A stretch of 64,000 bases of DNA from positions 445-64,444 of the forward strand of contig CAKSEL010000007.1 in the NCBI GenBank assembly GCA_934446675.1, given 5' to 3'. The translations under genes were made by a program, and so were the position numbers. This stretch comes from an uncultured Eubacteriales bacterium (GTDB taxonomy: Bacteria; Bacillota; Clostridia; Oscillospirales; CAG-382). Below the pieces are notes generated by a model, which saw only the letters and a program-made list of their open reading frames with translations, had not been told where the DNA came from and ran no database searches. Below, piece after piece: positions 45,290 to 53,747 of the stretch; within the stretch, counting starts at the first letter, position 1, and every line of letters begins with the position of its first letter.

Positions 45290-46262
45290 TAAAATTCCAT
45301 CCTTTCTTTTTCAGCTCGTCGTAGAGTGCGGGAATAGTCTGCTTATGATCTCCGACAAAGTGGAATCCCATACCGTTAAGGCTGACGGGACGGTTCACGA
45401 TATTTTTTCTCGGACGGTAATAATAGTTAGGATCGTCATAACCTATTTTGCATTTGTAATTGCCGAGATTTATCAAATCAAAGTTTGCGGTAGTAATATC
45501 AAATGTATCGTATCCGAGATTTCTCGAAATAGACAGCGCCTTTAAGAATACCTCAGGTCCGATAACGCTTGAACCGAAGTTCATATAAACTCCTTTGTCA
45601 AGATGTGCTACCGAATAGCACATTCTGTGAAAATCGGTTCCGCTTGCAGCGCCTATCGCAGAAAAATCAACAATCGGATGCTGATGAATTATATCGGTTC
45701 CGAGAGCAATGTGATATGTAGCCGTAACATTGTGCTTATATGCCTGATACAGCACGCAATCGTCCTTGTACGGGAATTTTTCGGGATTTTCGTCGATATA
45801 TCTTGCAAGGCTCTCGCCGTATCCCCAGCCTTCTCTCGCACCTTTTTGAATTGCCTCATTCATCCATCTGCCTGTCTGCTCCCACATACCGAACGAGCCG
45901 TCCTCGATTGCCGTGGGGACATCTTCGGATGTTCCGCCGAGATACGCCAGTTCAAAATCGTGTATCGAACAAGCACCGTTTCCGGAAATATGCGTTATGA
46001 GTCCGGATTTTATAAATGCAATAAGATAACGCGACAGACAGTTCTTTATAACGTGCGCACCCTGCGACCAGATAACGGTTCTGCCGTTTCTGCGCGCCTC
46101 AAGTATTCTGTCAACAAGTGTATCAAAATTTGCATCTTTGTTTTCCCACGGCATTGATTCGGAAACGCCGGGAGTCAGAAGTGTGTCTATTCTTACAAGA
46201 TTGTGACGTTCGGCCGCCGAATACGTTTTGATGTTGTCAAATTTAAGTTCATTGTACTTCAT
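45279..46262 (-). CDS. Conserved protein, deoxyhypusine-synthase-like fold (function unknown)
   Basis: 327 aa with GGAGGG 8 nt upstream. ISGNGACSIHDFELAYLGG and HIALGTDIIHQH resemble the TTAGGVEEDLIK and ILGGGVVKHH blocks of deoxyhypusine synthase. The gene call is solid; the family call is tentative. Confidence 0.5.
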   Translation of the reverse strand: MKYNELKFDNIKTYSAAERHNLVRIDTLLTPGVSESMPWENKDANFDTLVDRILEARRNGRTVIWSQGAHVIKNCLSRYLIAFIKSGLITHISGNGACSIHDFELAYLGGTSEDVPTAIEDGSFGMWEQTGRWMNEAIQKGAREGWGYGESLARYIDENPEKFPYKDDCVLYQAYKHNVTATYHIALGTDIIHQHPIVDFSAIGAASGTDFHRMCYSVAHLDKGVYMNFGSSVIGPEVFLKALSISRNLGYDTFDITTANFDLINLGNYKCKIGYDDPNYYYRPRKNIVNRPVSLNGMGFHFVGDHKQTIPALYDELKKKGWNFNVD

Positions 46263-47055
46263 TGTCTTTTCCCTCCATAAGCGACATTATTTTACCGAGT
46301 TCAAGGTAATCTCCGATTATTACGTCGGCTCCTGCCTTTATAAGACGTTCTCTTTTCTTGGCGTTTACCCCGCACAGCTTTTGCTCGTCGCTGGCAACGC
46401 CTATTGTCAGCGCTCCGGCATTGTTTCCGAGTGCAATTTCCACCTTTCCGTCTCCGGCAACGCAAAGCTCATCGCCCGAATATCCGCATTTTTCCAAGAG
46501 TTCGGACATTACCTTTTCCTTTGAGCAATCCTCGCATCTTTCCGGGGCGCCGCACAGCTCGTCAAAGTATTTGTCTATTCCGAGAAGCTTTGCTTCTTTT
46601 ACAACGTCGGCATGATCCGTGCCGCTGGCAACAAATATTTTAATTCCTGCTTCTTTCAGACTCTTCAATAGCTTTTCCGATCCGGCTACAAGAAATTCCT
46701 CAGGCTTTGCCGTTCCTTCTTCAAGAGACTTTTTCTTGTCGGCAAGCATTTCCATAAGCATATCGTTGTAGTCGGCTTTGTAATCCCACATATCCTTGGC
46801 TTTGCCCGTTCTTTCAAGCGATTGCTGCACAAGCCACTTCATCTGTTTGACAGTCTGTATTCCGGTTGAATAATCTATGTATTCATCAACCGTCTTTTCA
46901 AGCTCCGCATCATCTTTTCCGTTTGAAAGAACCTTCAGCATGAGCTTTCGCATTACACCTTCCCAGCCGCAGCGCAATGTGGAAAAAGTGCCGTCAAAAT
47001 CAAACAGCACCGCCTTTATTTTTCTCCCTTTTTTTATATCCTTGCAAAATTCCAT
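46249..47055 (-). CDS. HAD-superfamily hydrolase/phosphatase
   Basis: Start at MEFCKD (AAGGTG 6 nt upstream). Motif I VLFDFDGTF, motif IV GDGKVEI. 14-nt overlap with the downstream gene. Confidence 0.8.
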   Translation of the reverse strand: MEFCKDIKKGRKIKAVLFDFDGTFSTLRCGWEGVMRKLMLKVLSNGKDDAELEKTVDEYIDYSTGIQTVKQMKWLVQQSLERTGKAKDMWDYKADYNDMLMEMLADKKKSLEEGTAKPEEFLVAGSEKLLKSLKEAGIKIFVASGTDHADVVKEAKLLGIDKYFDELCGAPERCEDCSKEKVMSELLEKCGYSGDELCVAGDGKVEIALGNNAGALTIGVASDEQKLCGVNAKKRERLIKAGADVIIGDYLELGKIMSLMEGKDNEVQ

Positions 47056-47080
47056 ATCTATCACCTTTTATACCTTATTT

Positions 47081-47098
47081 TGTGCTCAGTATAGCACA
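47081..47098. promoter_or_regulatory. Inverted repeat overlapping the predicted -10 of the HAD-operon promoter
   Basis: TGTGCT-N6-AGCACA. On the minus strand the spacer contains TGcTATACT (an extended -10). Confidence 0.35.
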
Positions 47099-47198
47099 GC
47101 CTTACATGGTTTTCATGTTTGATTTTGCTTTTTGTATTGCATTTTTTGATGTTTTGTGTATAATAGTAAAAAGAAGCAACATAACAGGGAGACAATGC

Positions 47199-48032
47199 AT
47201 GGAAAAGAAATATACGAAAATACTGCTTGATAATAAAGCAGGTGCTATGAAAGAAGTATTTATAAGAAAACACGCTTTGAAAAACTATGTTCTTCACCGT
47301 CACGACTGTTTTGAATTCGAGCTTGTAATAAGCGGTTCGGCACGGCACACGGTAAACGGAGAAACAAACACCATTTCACGCGGCGACATGTATCTGATCC
47401 TCCCGACGGATATACACGGTCTGGAGCTTGAAGAAGAAGGCGAACTCTATAACATAATGTTCCGCGAAAGTATCATAAGCAAGGACATTCTTCTCGAATT
47501 TCTTAACTTCAACTCAAATACCGTACATTTATCGGACGAAGATTTTACGCGGATCTGTTTTCTGATTGAAAGTGCCATAAAGGAATCTACGGAAAAAAGG
47601 CGTTTTGCATCGCTGTTTATGCACAATCTGATAGAGTGCATTTTTATCACATTTCTGCGCAACCAGGCACCGAATGTAAAGAAAACAATACCGCAGCAAG
47701 GCGCCGTTCACACTGCTCTTATCTACATTCAGTCGCATTACACCTCAAATCTTTTCCTGCATGATGTCGCTGCACACGTTTTTTTAAGCGACAGCTATTT
47801 CAGCAGACTTTTTCACATAAAAACCGGAGTAACATTCAAGAAATATTTATCAAATCTGCGTCTTGTATACGCAACAAAGCTGCTGCGTTCTTCTTCGCTT
47901 TCGGTTACGGAGATATGCTTTGACTGCGGCTTTACATCATTCTCGCATTTTTTGCGTTCTTTCCGTGAAATGTACGGAACTTCTCCCGGAGAGTACAGAA
48001 ACAACACCGCTCTGAACAAAACCGAGAAATGA
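47199..48032 (+). CDS. AraC family transcriptional regulator
   Basis: Start at MEKKYTKILL (AGGGAG 7 nt upstream). The promoter TTGCAT-16-TATAAT lies upstream. C-terminal HTH ICFDCGFTSFSHFLRSFREMYGTSP. Divergent from the HAD operon. Confidence 0.85.
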   Translation: MEKKYTKILLDNKAGAMKEVFIRKHALKNYVLHRHDCFEFELVISGSARHTVNGETNTISRGDMYLILPTDIHGLELEEEGELYNIMFRESIISKDILLEFLNFNSNTVHLSDEDFTRICFLIESAIKESTEKRRFASLFMHNLIECIFITFLRNQAPNVKKTIPQQGAVHTALIYIQSHYTSNLFLHDVAAHVFLSDSYFSRLFHIKTGVTFKKYLSNLRLVYATKLLRSSSLSVTEICFDCGFTSFSHFLRSFREMYGTSPGEYRNNTALNKTEK

Positions 48033-48051
48033 TACCTATACACAATGCCGG

Positions 48052-48091
48052 CAAATCAAAAGATGAGTCCGGCATATCTCCGAACTCATCT
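48052..48091 (-). terminator. Terminator of the GH127-like gene
   Basis: 8-bp stem AGATGAGT / ACTCATCT, followed on the minus strand by TTTTGATTT. Confidence 0.5.
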
Positions 48092-48140
48092 GAAAGCAGG
48101 CTGTTTTATATACCGGTTTCCACAAATTCCGCACACAATC

Positions 48141-49970
48141 TCAAACGTTCTTTACAAGCGGAATCTCGGTCATTCTCAAATTTGTGCAACCATATGGGAT
48201 AAGCTGGATCTTCTGCACATTTCCCAACGGCGCCGTTGACACCGGAAGTCTGTCGCAATGGCCGCAGTTAAACCTCCAGTCTATTTCAACCATATCCGCC
48301 ATAAGCGATACGGGCGGATTTTCGGGATTAAACGGCGCATCAAACTCATGCTCGGAAATTTCAAACCTGTCGTCTGCCAAAGCGTAATTCCATTTTGATT
48401 CGGGATATATGTAATAATCGCAATACGGATATTTTCTTTCCACTCCGTTTTTAACGTACTCTACCCTCTCACGTTTTTCTTTGACAGGGATTGAGTAAAA
48501 AAGCGGTCCTCTGCGCACACAAACCATATTTTCAGGACGTTCAACAATCTCTGTTTCAAAACCGAATTCTGCATAAATCTCTGTTTCTCCGTCCCAGCAT
48601 TTTGATATTTCCGCAAACTCGCCGCATTTTACATCTTTGCCATCAATTTTTGCCGATTTTGCAAATGACGGTATACGTATAAACAAGCTGAATTTAACCG
48701 GCGAGTCGGTTTTAACCGTATATTTGAGCGTGCCTCTGAACGGATATTCCGTCGAAAGTCCGCACTTTACATTAACTCCGTCAATTACTGTTTCAACAGC
48801 CGAGGGCAGCAGAACGCACGACGCAATTCCTTTGCCGTTTTTGAAAAATGTACTCAGTGCAAGTTTCGGAAAGCCCTGCCCGAAATTCGCGGTGCAGCAG
48901 CCGAAATGCGGTTCAAGACCGAACAGATGAGCCTCGTTGTTATTTGTTCTGAACGGCTGCTTTGACATCGGGAATGACGCAGCCTGATTTATCATCTGAT
49001 CGTACTGATGCGTCCACATATCCGGACTTACCGCTGCCGGAAGTGAATTATATGCCAGCATTTCCAAACGGTCAAGGAATTTTATATTTCCGGTTATTGA
49101 AAACAGTATCTCATAAGAGTACATGAGTTCAACTATGCTGCAAAGCTCGGCGCCCTGTATCGGCGAATTGCCCGAAAGGTTTTCATCACCGTTGAAATGT
49201 CCGACGGCAGTGCCGTGTTTTTTATCAAGGTATTCAAGCGCGGCAAATACAAATCCTTCAGCGTCGCAATCTCCGAAAAGCGACCACAACGCCTCCGATT
49301 TAAGCATCATTGCAACGTTTACTATATGCGAATAATACTCCCATTCATCAGTGCAGTCGTCAAGAAGGTAATTTTTGAACAGGCTGTTCCAGTCAAAGCC
49401 CTGAACACGAAGTTTTTTTGCAAGTGTAATCAGCCATTTCTCTCCGGTCTTTTCGTAAAGCCAGTATATTGATATTAATCCTTCAAACCATCTTGCCGCA
49501 CCCCAGTTGCGCAGTGTATTGCGGTTTATATGCGTGTTAAACTGTTTCAGGCACTTTTCTATTACAATGATTACCGAATCGTCATTTGAACAATCGCAGT
49601 ACAGACACAGCACCTTGCATACGAGAAGTACAGCCCATGTATCATAATTATTTCTTTCATGATCGGCACAGGGGCAGATCCAGCCGTCGTTCTTCTGCGC
49701 GGCGATTATTGCATTTATGTACTTTTTCGCCCTTGAGATCATATCTTCATTGCCGAGCAGATATGCAAGCGGAATAAAGCCGTCAAGCCAATACGGGACT
49801 CTTTCCCAGCCTTCTCTGTTTCCGCCTATCCACGCACTGTCACGGACATCAGGCCATACTTTGTCAAGATTTCCGCACAGTCCGTCCGCCTGAATTTCAA
49901 GCTGCTTTTTAAGCCAGCCCTCAGGCTTTATTTCGTTTGTCGTAAAAAACTTATATTTCGGTGTGTTCAT
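48141..49970 (-). CDS. Beta-L-arabinofuranosidase-domain protein (GH127/GH146-like six-hairpin glycosidase)
   Basis: 609 aa. N-terminus IKPEGWLKKQLEIQADGLCGNLDKVWPDV...PYWLDGFIPLAY and the FGCCTANFGQG Cys pair are typical of the DUF1680/GH127 clan. Confidence 0.7.
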   Translation of the reverse strand: MNTPKYKFFTTNEIKPEGWLKKQLEIQADGLCGNLDKVWPDVRDSAWIGGNREGWERVPYWLDGFIPLAYLLGNEDMISRAKKYINAIIAAQKNDGWICPCADHERNNYDTWAVLLVCKVLCLYCDCSNDDSVIIVIEKCLKQFNTHINRNTLRNWGAARWFEGLISIYWLYEKTGEKWLITLAKKLRVQGFDWNSLFKNYLLDDCTDEWEYYSHIVNVAMMLKSEALWSLFGDCDAEGFVFAALEYLDKKHGTAVGHFNGDENLSGNSPIQGAELCSIVELMYSYEILFSITGNIKFLDRLEMLAYNSLPAAVSPDMWTHQYDQMINQAASFPMSKQPFRTNNNEAHLFGLEPHFGCCTANFGQGFPKLALSTFFKNGKGIASCVLLPSAVETVIDGVNVKCGLSTEYPFRGTLKYTVKTDSPVKFSLFIRIPSFAKSAKIDGKDVKCGEFAEISKCWDGETEIYAEFGFETEIVERPENMVCVRRGPLFYSIPVKEKRERVEYVKNGVERKYPYCDYYIYPESKWNYALADDRFEISEHEFDAPFNPENPPVSLMADMVEIDWRFNCGHCDRLPVSTAPLGNVQKIQLIPYGCTNLRMTEIPLVKNV

Positions 49971-50045
49971 GTTTTTCTCCCGGTATATTATTACATTGCC
50001 CGAAAACGGCTGATTATGAGACCTTCAAAACCAAATACAGCCTGT

Positions 50046-50783
50046 TTACTGTTTCTTTCTGCAACCGTCAATCTGAATACTCTGACCCGATATGTAGCTT
50101 GCTTCATCGCTCGCAAGAAAACATATAAGATTTGCATTTTCTCTGTCGGTGCCGGTTCTGCCCATAAAGGAAAGTTCACTGGGTTCATAATAATCCAAAT
50201 CCGGGTTTTCGCAGGGACTTACGCTGCCCGGAGATACACAGTTTATTAAAACATTCTTGTCAGCAACTTCTTTCGCTAGTGCTTTCGTCATTGAAATAAG
50301 CGCGCCTTTGGTTGCGGAGTAATGTACCATATTGGCATTGCCGTACACACCGGCAACCGACGCTACATTTATGATTCTGCCGTATTTTCTTTCAATCATG
50401 CCAGGAAGAATTGCCCGTGTCAAATAAACAACCCCCATGACATTCACGTCAATAAACTTTTTCCAATCTGCAACAGGCGTCTCGGTGAACGGTGCCCAAC
50501 ATCTCCAGATTGCCGCATTGTTTACAAGAATATCTATTGCACCCAGCTTTTCGCTGCCTTCTTTTACTACTTGGTTTACTTGAGTCTCATCACTAACATC
50601 ACATACAAATTTCAAAACATCATTTGTATATTCCTTTATTTCTTCTTCAACCAATCGCAGCTTTTCCTCATTTATATCCAGCAAGATAAGTTTTGCACCG
50701 CCTTTTGCAAGCAGGATAGCAGTCGCTCTGCCAATTCCAACCGCCGCGCCGGTGACCAATGCTGTTTTACCTGTAAATCTCAT
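50046..50783 (-). CDS. Short-chain dehydrogenase/reductase (FabG-like)
   Basis: 245 aa. TGAAVGIGRA cofactor motif, NNAA, and YSATKGAL catalytic Y..K. Confidence 0.9.
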   Translation of the reverse strand: MRFTGKTALVTGAAVGIGRATAILLAKGGAKLILLDINEEKLRLVEEEIKEYTNDVLKFVCDVSDETQVNQVVKEGSEKLGAIDILVNNAAIWRCWAPFTETPVADWKKFIDVNVMGVVYLTRAILPGMIERKYGRIINVASVAGVYGNANMVHYSATKGALISMTKALAKEVADKNVLINCVSPGSVSPCENPDLDYYEPSELSFMGRTGTDRENANLICFLASDEASYISGQSIQIDGCRKKQ

Positions 50784-50818
50784 GTTTCATTCTCCTTAAA
50801 AAAAGTAGTGTTTTTTTA

Positions 50819-50846
50819 ATTATAACACCTGATAACACTATTTCAA
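50819..50846 (-). promoter_or_regulatory. Promoter of the SDR gene (extended -10)
   Basis: Minus strand: TTGAAA (50846-50841), 16-nt spacer, TGtTATAAT (-10 at 50824-50819). Confidence 0.5.
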
Positions 50847-50848
50847 AT

Positions 50849-50878
50849 AAAGATATTTACAAAAAATGTTGCAATATT
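50849..50878 (-). promoter_or_regulatory. 30-bp upstream element shared with 43211-43240
   Basis: Minus-strand reading: AATATTGCAACATTTTTTGTAAATATCTTT. 27/30 identical to the other copy, in the same register relative to the -35. Confidence 0.5.
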
Positions 50879-51044
50879 GATTTTTTTCGTGATATGCTGA
50901 CAGCATGAATATAATTATAAGATAACAAACGGCGCGGACGGTTAAATATGTCATTTTGTAATTTAAAAAAGTCACTTTTTCCCATTTTTCCAATGTTTTT
51001 TTATGTTATAATCGAAACCACGAACAAAAAAGGAGGAAAAATAA

Positions 51045-52178
51045 ATGTTTGTAAATACGCCGCCTATGGGCTGGAACACATGGAACACCTTTGGTCATAA
51101 CATCAACGAAGAACTTGTGCTTAAAATGGTCGATCTCTTTGTCGAAAAGGGATATAAGGACGCAGGATACGAGTATGTCGTAATTGACGACTGCTGGTCT
51201 GAAAAAGAAAGAGATGAAAACGACAGATTGGTTGCAGATCATGAAAAATTCCCGCACGGAATGAAGTATATCGGAGACTATATCCATTCAAAAGGATTGA
51301 AATTCGGTATGTATTCCTGTGCCGGAACAAGAACCTGCGCAAACTATCCGGGAAGCTACGAACATGAATACATCGACGCAAAGACCTTTGCAGAATGGGG
51401 CGTCGATCTTCTTAAATACGACTTCTGTTTTTACGACGGCGTCGATTCAAAACGCTCATACCTTACAATGAGCATGGCGCTCAGAGCCTCGGGCCGCGAT
51501 ATACTTTTCTCGGCTTGCCAGTGGGGAATGAACAATCCCGCGCAATGGATGCGTTCTATCGGTGCGCATATGTTCCGTTCCACCGATGATATTAAAGATA
51601 TATACGAGTCGCAGCTCGATATTATCACAAAGCAAAAAAACAATTTCAACGGAAACGCCGCCGGCTGTTTCAACGACCTTGATATGCTAACCGTCGGAAT
51701 GTACGGAAACGGACATGTAGGCCGCCCGACAAAGATGACCTTTGACGAATATGAGCAGCAGTTTGCGTTCTGGTGTTTTATGGGAAGCCCACTTATGATG
51801 GGCGCAGATCTTTCAAAAGTAGACGATGATTGTTTAAAGCTTATGCAAAACAAGGAACTCATTGCAATAAACCAGGATAAAGAGTGCAGACCGGCATATC
51901 TTTTCTGCGAAACCGACAACTGGGTAAAAAATACACTCAAATACATCAAACAGCTCGAAAATAACGAGTTTGCCATCGCAATTTTCAATCTGCGCGATAG
52001 TGATATAACCGACATACTTACCTTCTCTCAGTTTGGTATTCCTTTCGTGTCCAGAAGAAATATCGACATGAAAGATATTATGACCGGTGAAGTTTTCAAG
52101 GAAAAGCATCATGAATTCCAGACAGTTGTAAAGGCGCACCACTTCAAGATCTTCAGATGTAAGTACTCAGAGGTGTAA
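51045..52178 (+). CDS. Glycoside hydrolase family 27 alpha-galactosidase
   Basis: 377 aa. PPMGWNTWN, YVVIDDCW, KFGMYSCAG, LKYDFC blocks. AGGAGG RBS. No signal peptide. Confidence 0.9.
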   Translation: MFVNTPPMGWNTWNTFGHNINEELVLKMVDLFVEKGYKDAGYEYVVIDDCWSEKERDENDRLVADHEKFPHGMKYIGDYIHSKGLKFGMYSCAGTRTCANYPGSYEHEYIDAKTFAEWGVDLLKYDFCFYDGVDSKRSYLTMSMALRASGRDILFSACQWGMNNPAQWMRSIGAHMFRSTDDIKDIYESQLDIITKQKNNFNGNAAGCFNDLDMLTVGMYGNGHVGRPTKMTFDEYEQQFAFWCFMGSPLMMGADLSKVDDDCLKLMQNKELIAINQDKECRPAYLFCETDNWVKNTLKYIKQLENNEFAIAIFNLRDSDITDILTFSQFGIPFVSRRNIDMKDIMTGEVFKEKHHEFQTVVKAHHFKIFRCKYSEV

Positions 52179-52181
52179 GAA

Positions 52182-52397
52182 TTGGCACCGTTTCCCGTGT
52201 GTGAGGTGTGCGAAAAGCGCATAACGTCTGACAATGCGGCTCTTTGCGTCAAGTTTTTCGGAGTCGATCCTCCGCCTATGCTTTGCTATGACTGTATCGC
52301 GGCAAGGTGCGAGTGTTCGGTTGAACAGGTAAAGGAAGTTGAGCTGAATTACAGACGTCTCGGCTGCACACTGTTTTCACCGCTTGAAGAAGAATAA
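52182..52397 (+). CDS. Small Cys-rich (two CxxC) zinc-ribbon-like protein
   Basis: 71 aa. TTG start 4 nt after the GH27 stop, with GAGGTG 7 nt upstream. CEVC...CYDC motifs. A terminator follows. Confidence 0.4.
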   Translation: MAPFPVCEVCEKRITSDNAALCVKFFGVDPPPMLCYDCIAARCECSVEQVKEVELNYRRLGCTLFSPLEEE

Positions 52398-52403
52398 TTT
52401 TTA

Positions 52404-52442
52404 GGCGAAAGTTGCACTCAAAACGCGGCTTTCGTCTTTTTT
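52404..52442 (+). terminator. Rho-independent terminator
   Basis: GGCGAAAG / CTTTCGTC stem (one G-U pair) followed by T6. Confidence 0.6.
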
Positions 52443-52666
52443 GCGTTGATTATTAAGACGTTCTGTAAACTTATATGTCCGAAAAATGCAACAATGTAAT
52501 GTCATAAAATAAAAAGGCGGATTTTATGCCTGCCTCTTTTTTATATGCATTTAAAAGAAATTTATATCATCTTTTTATACTCTCTTGACACATTTTTTCC
52601 TTTTGCCGCAATATGTTGCATATTTGTTTATTTTTGTTGTAATGTTGACTTTAAAACATGCAAGTG

Positions 52667-52695
52667 TTGACAAAATTGCATTTGTATATTATAAA
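52667..52695 (+). promoter_or_regulatory. Promoter upstream of the mutarotase pseudogene
   Basis: TTGACA, 17-nt spacer, TATAAA. Confidence 0.5.
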
Positions 52696-52808
52696 CTTAT
52701 TGGTAAATCAAAGCACGTATGCCGTTTCAGAATCTATTATTCTATTCCCAAAATGCACAAGATTTTTTGCGCAGAGTCTTTATAAAATGATAGTGAAGTG
52801 ATTAAAAA

Positions 52809-53728
52809 TTGAAAAATATAATAACTTTAGTCGGCGGAGCTTATTCGGCTGAAATAAACTTAAGCAGAGGTGCAAACTGCATAAGTCTCAGAAATTCCGA
52901 ATATAATGCGAAAATTCTGCGTGAGCCGGATTTTTCGGCTGAATTGGACAATCCGTATCTTTACGGAATGCCGATTCTGTACCCCGTAAACAGAATAGAA
53001 AACGGAAAATTCGTTTTTGAAAACAGACAATATTCTTTTCCGATAAACGAACCAAAGACAAATTGTCATATTCACGGTTTTGTACATGAAACTCAATTTG
53101 ACGCGGTGCAGGTTAACGAAAGCTGCGTAAACTGCAGCTATGAGGGACAGTTTGCCGATTGTAAACAAAAATTCAGAATCGAATTGTATTATGAAATATC
53201 CGATAAAGGTCTTTTGCAAAAAACAACAATAACCAATTTATCCGATAAAAATATGCCTGTTTTTTAGGATTTCATACCACCTTTAATGTCCCATTTATAA
53301 ATAATTCAGATGCAAAAAACATAAGAGTTCGTGTTGATAATGATTTAGAAGTGCAAAGAAATACGGACACGTATCTCCCGACCGGAAAACTTCCTGATCC
53401 CGACGATGTTACACAAAGTCTTAAAGACGGAAATTTCGTTTCGCACGGCAGACCTATAAGCCGCCATTACAGAGCAGGGGCATCAGGGGCAATGGAAATA
53501 TATGATGTTAAAAACAAGCTAAAAGTTGTTTATGAAAATGATAAAAAGTTTGGCTGGAGATTGATATATAACGGTAACGGTGAAGATTATATATGCCTTG
53601 AACCTCAGACCTGCATGGTTAACTGTCAAAATTCCGGGCTTGACAGAGAATTTACGGGTTTTGACTATATAAAGCCCGGATCATCAAAGGAATATGTGTC
53701 GAAAATTTATATAAATAAAATGCAATAA
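52809..53728 (+). pseudogene. Aldose 1-epimerase family gene interrupted by a frameshift in a T6 run
   Basis: ORF 52809-53267 (YGMPILYPVNRIENGKF...HIHGF) ends ...MPVF*. The family continues in the next frame as LGFHTTFNVPF from 53264 and on into ORF 53351-53728. One extra T at 53260-53265 would restore a single reading frame. Confidence 0.75.
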
Positions 53729-53747
53729 TTAAGGAGTGTAATTTTTG

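Noticed and set aside
46977-47198. N-terminal 74-aa extension of the AraC ORF (track start at 46977)
   Set aside because: The extension overlaps the 5' end and promoter of the divergent HAD gene, has no RBS and is hydrophobic junk. ATG 47199 has an AGGGAG RBS and a TTGCAT-16-TATAAT promoter upstream.
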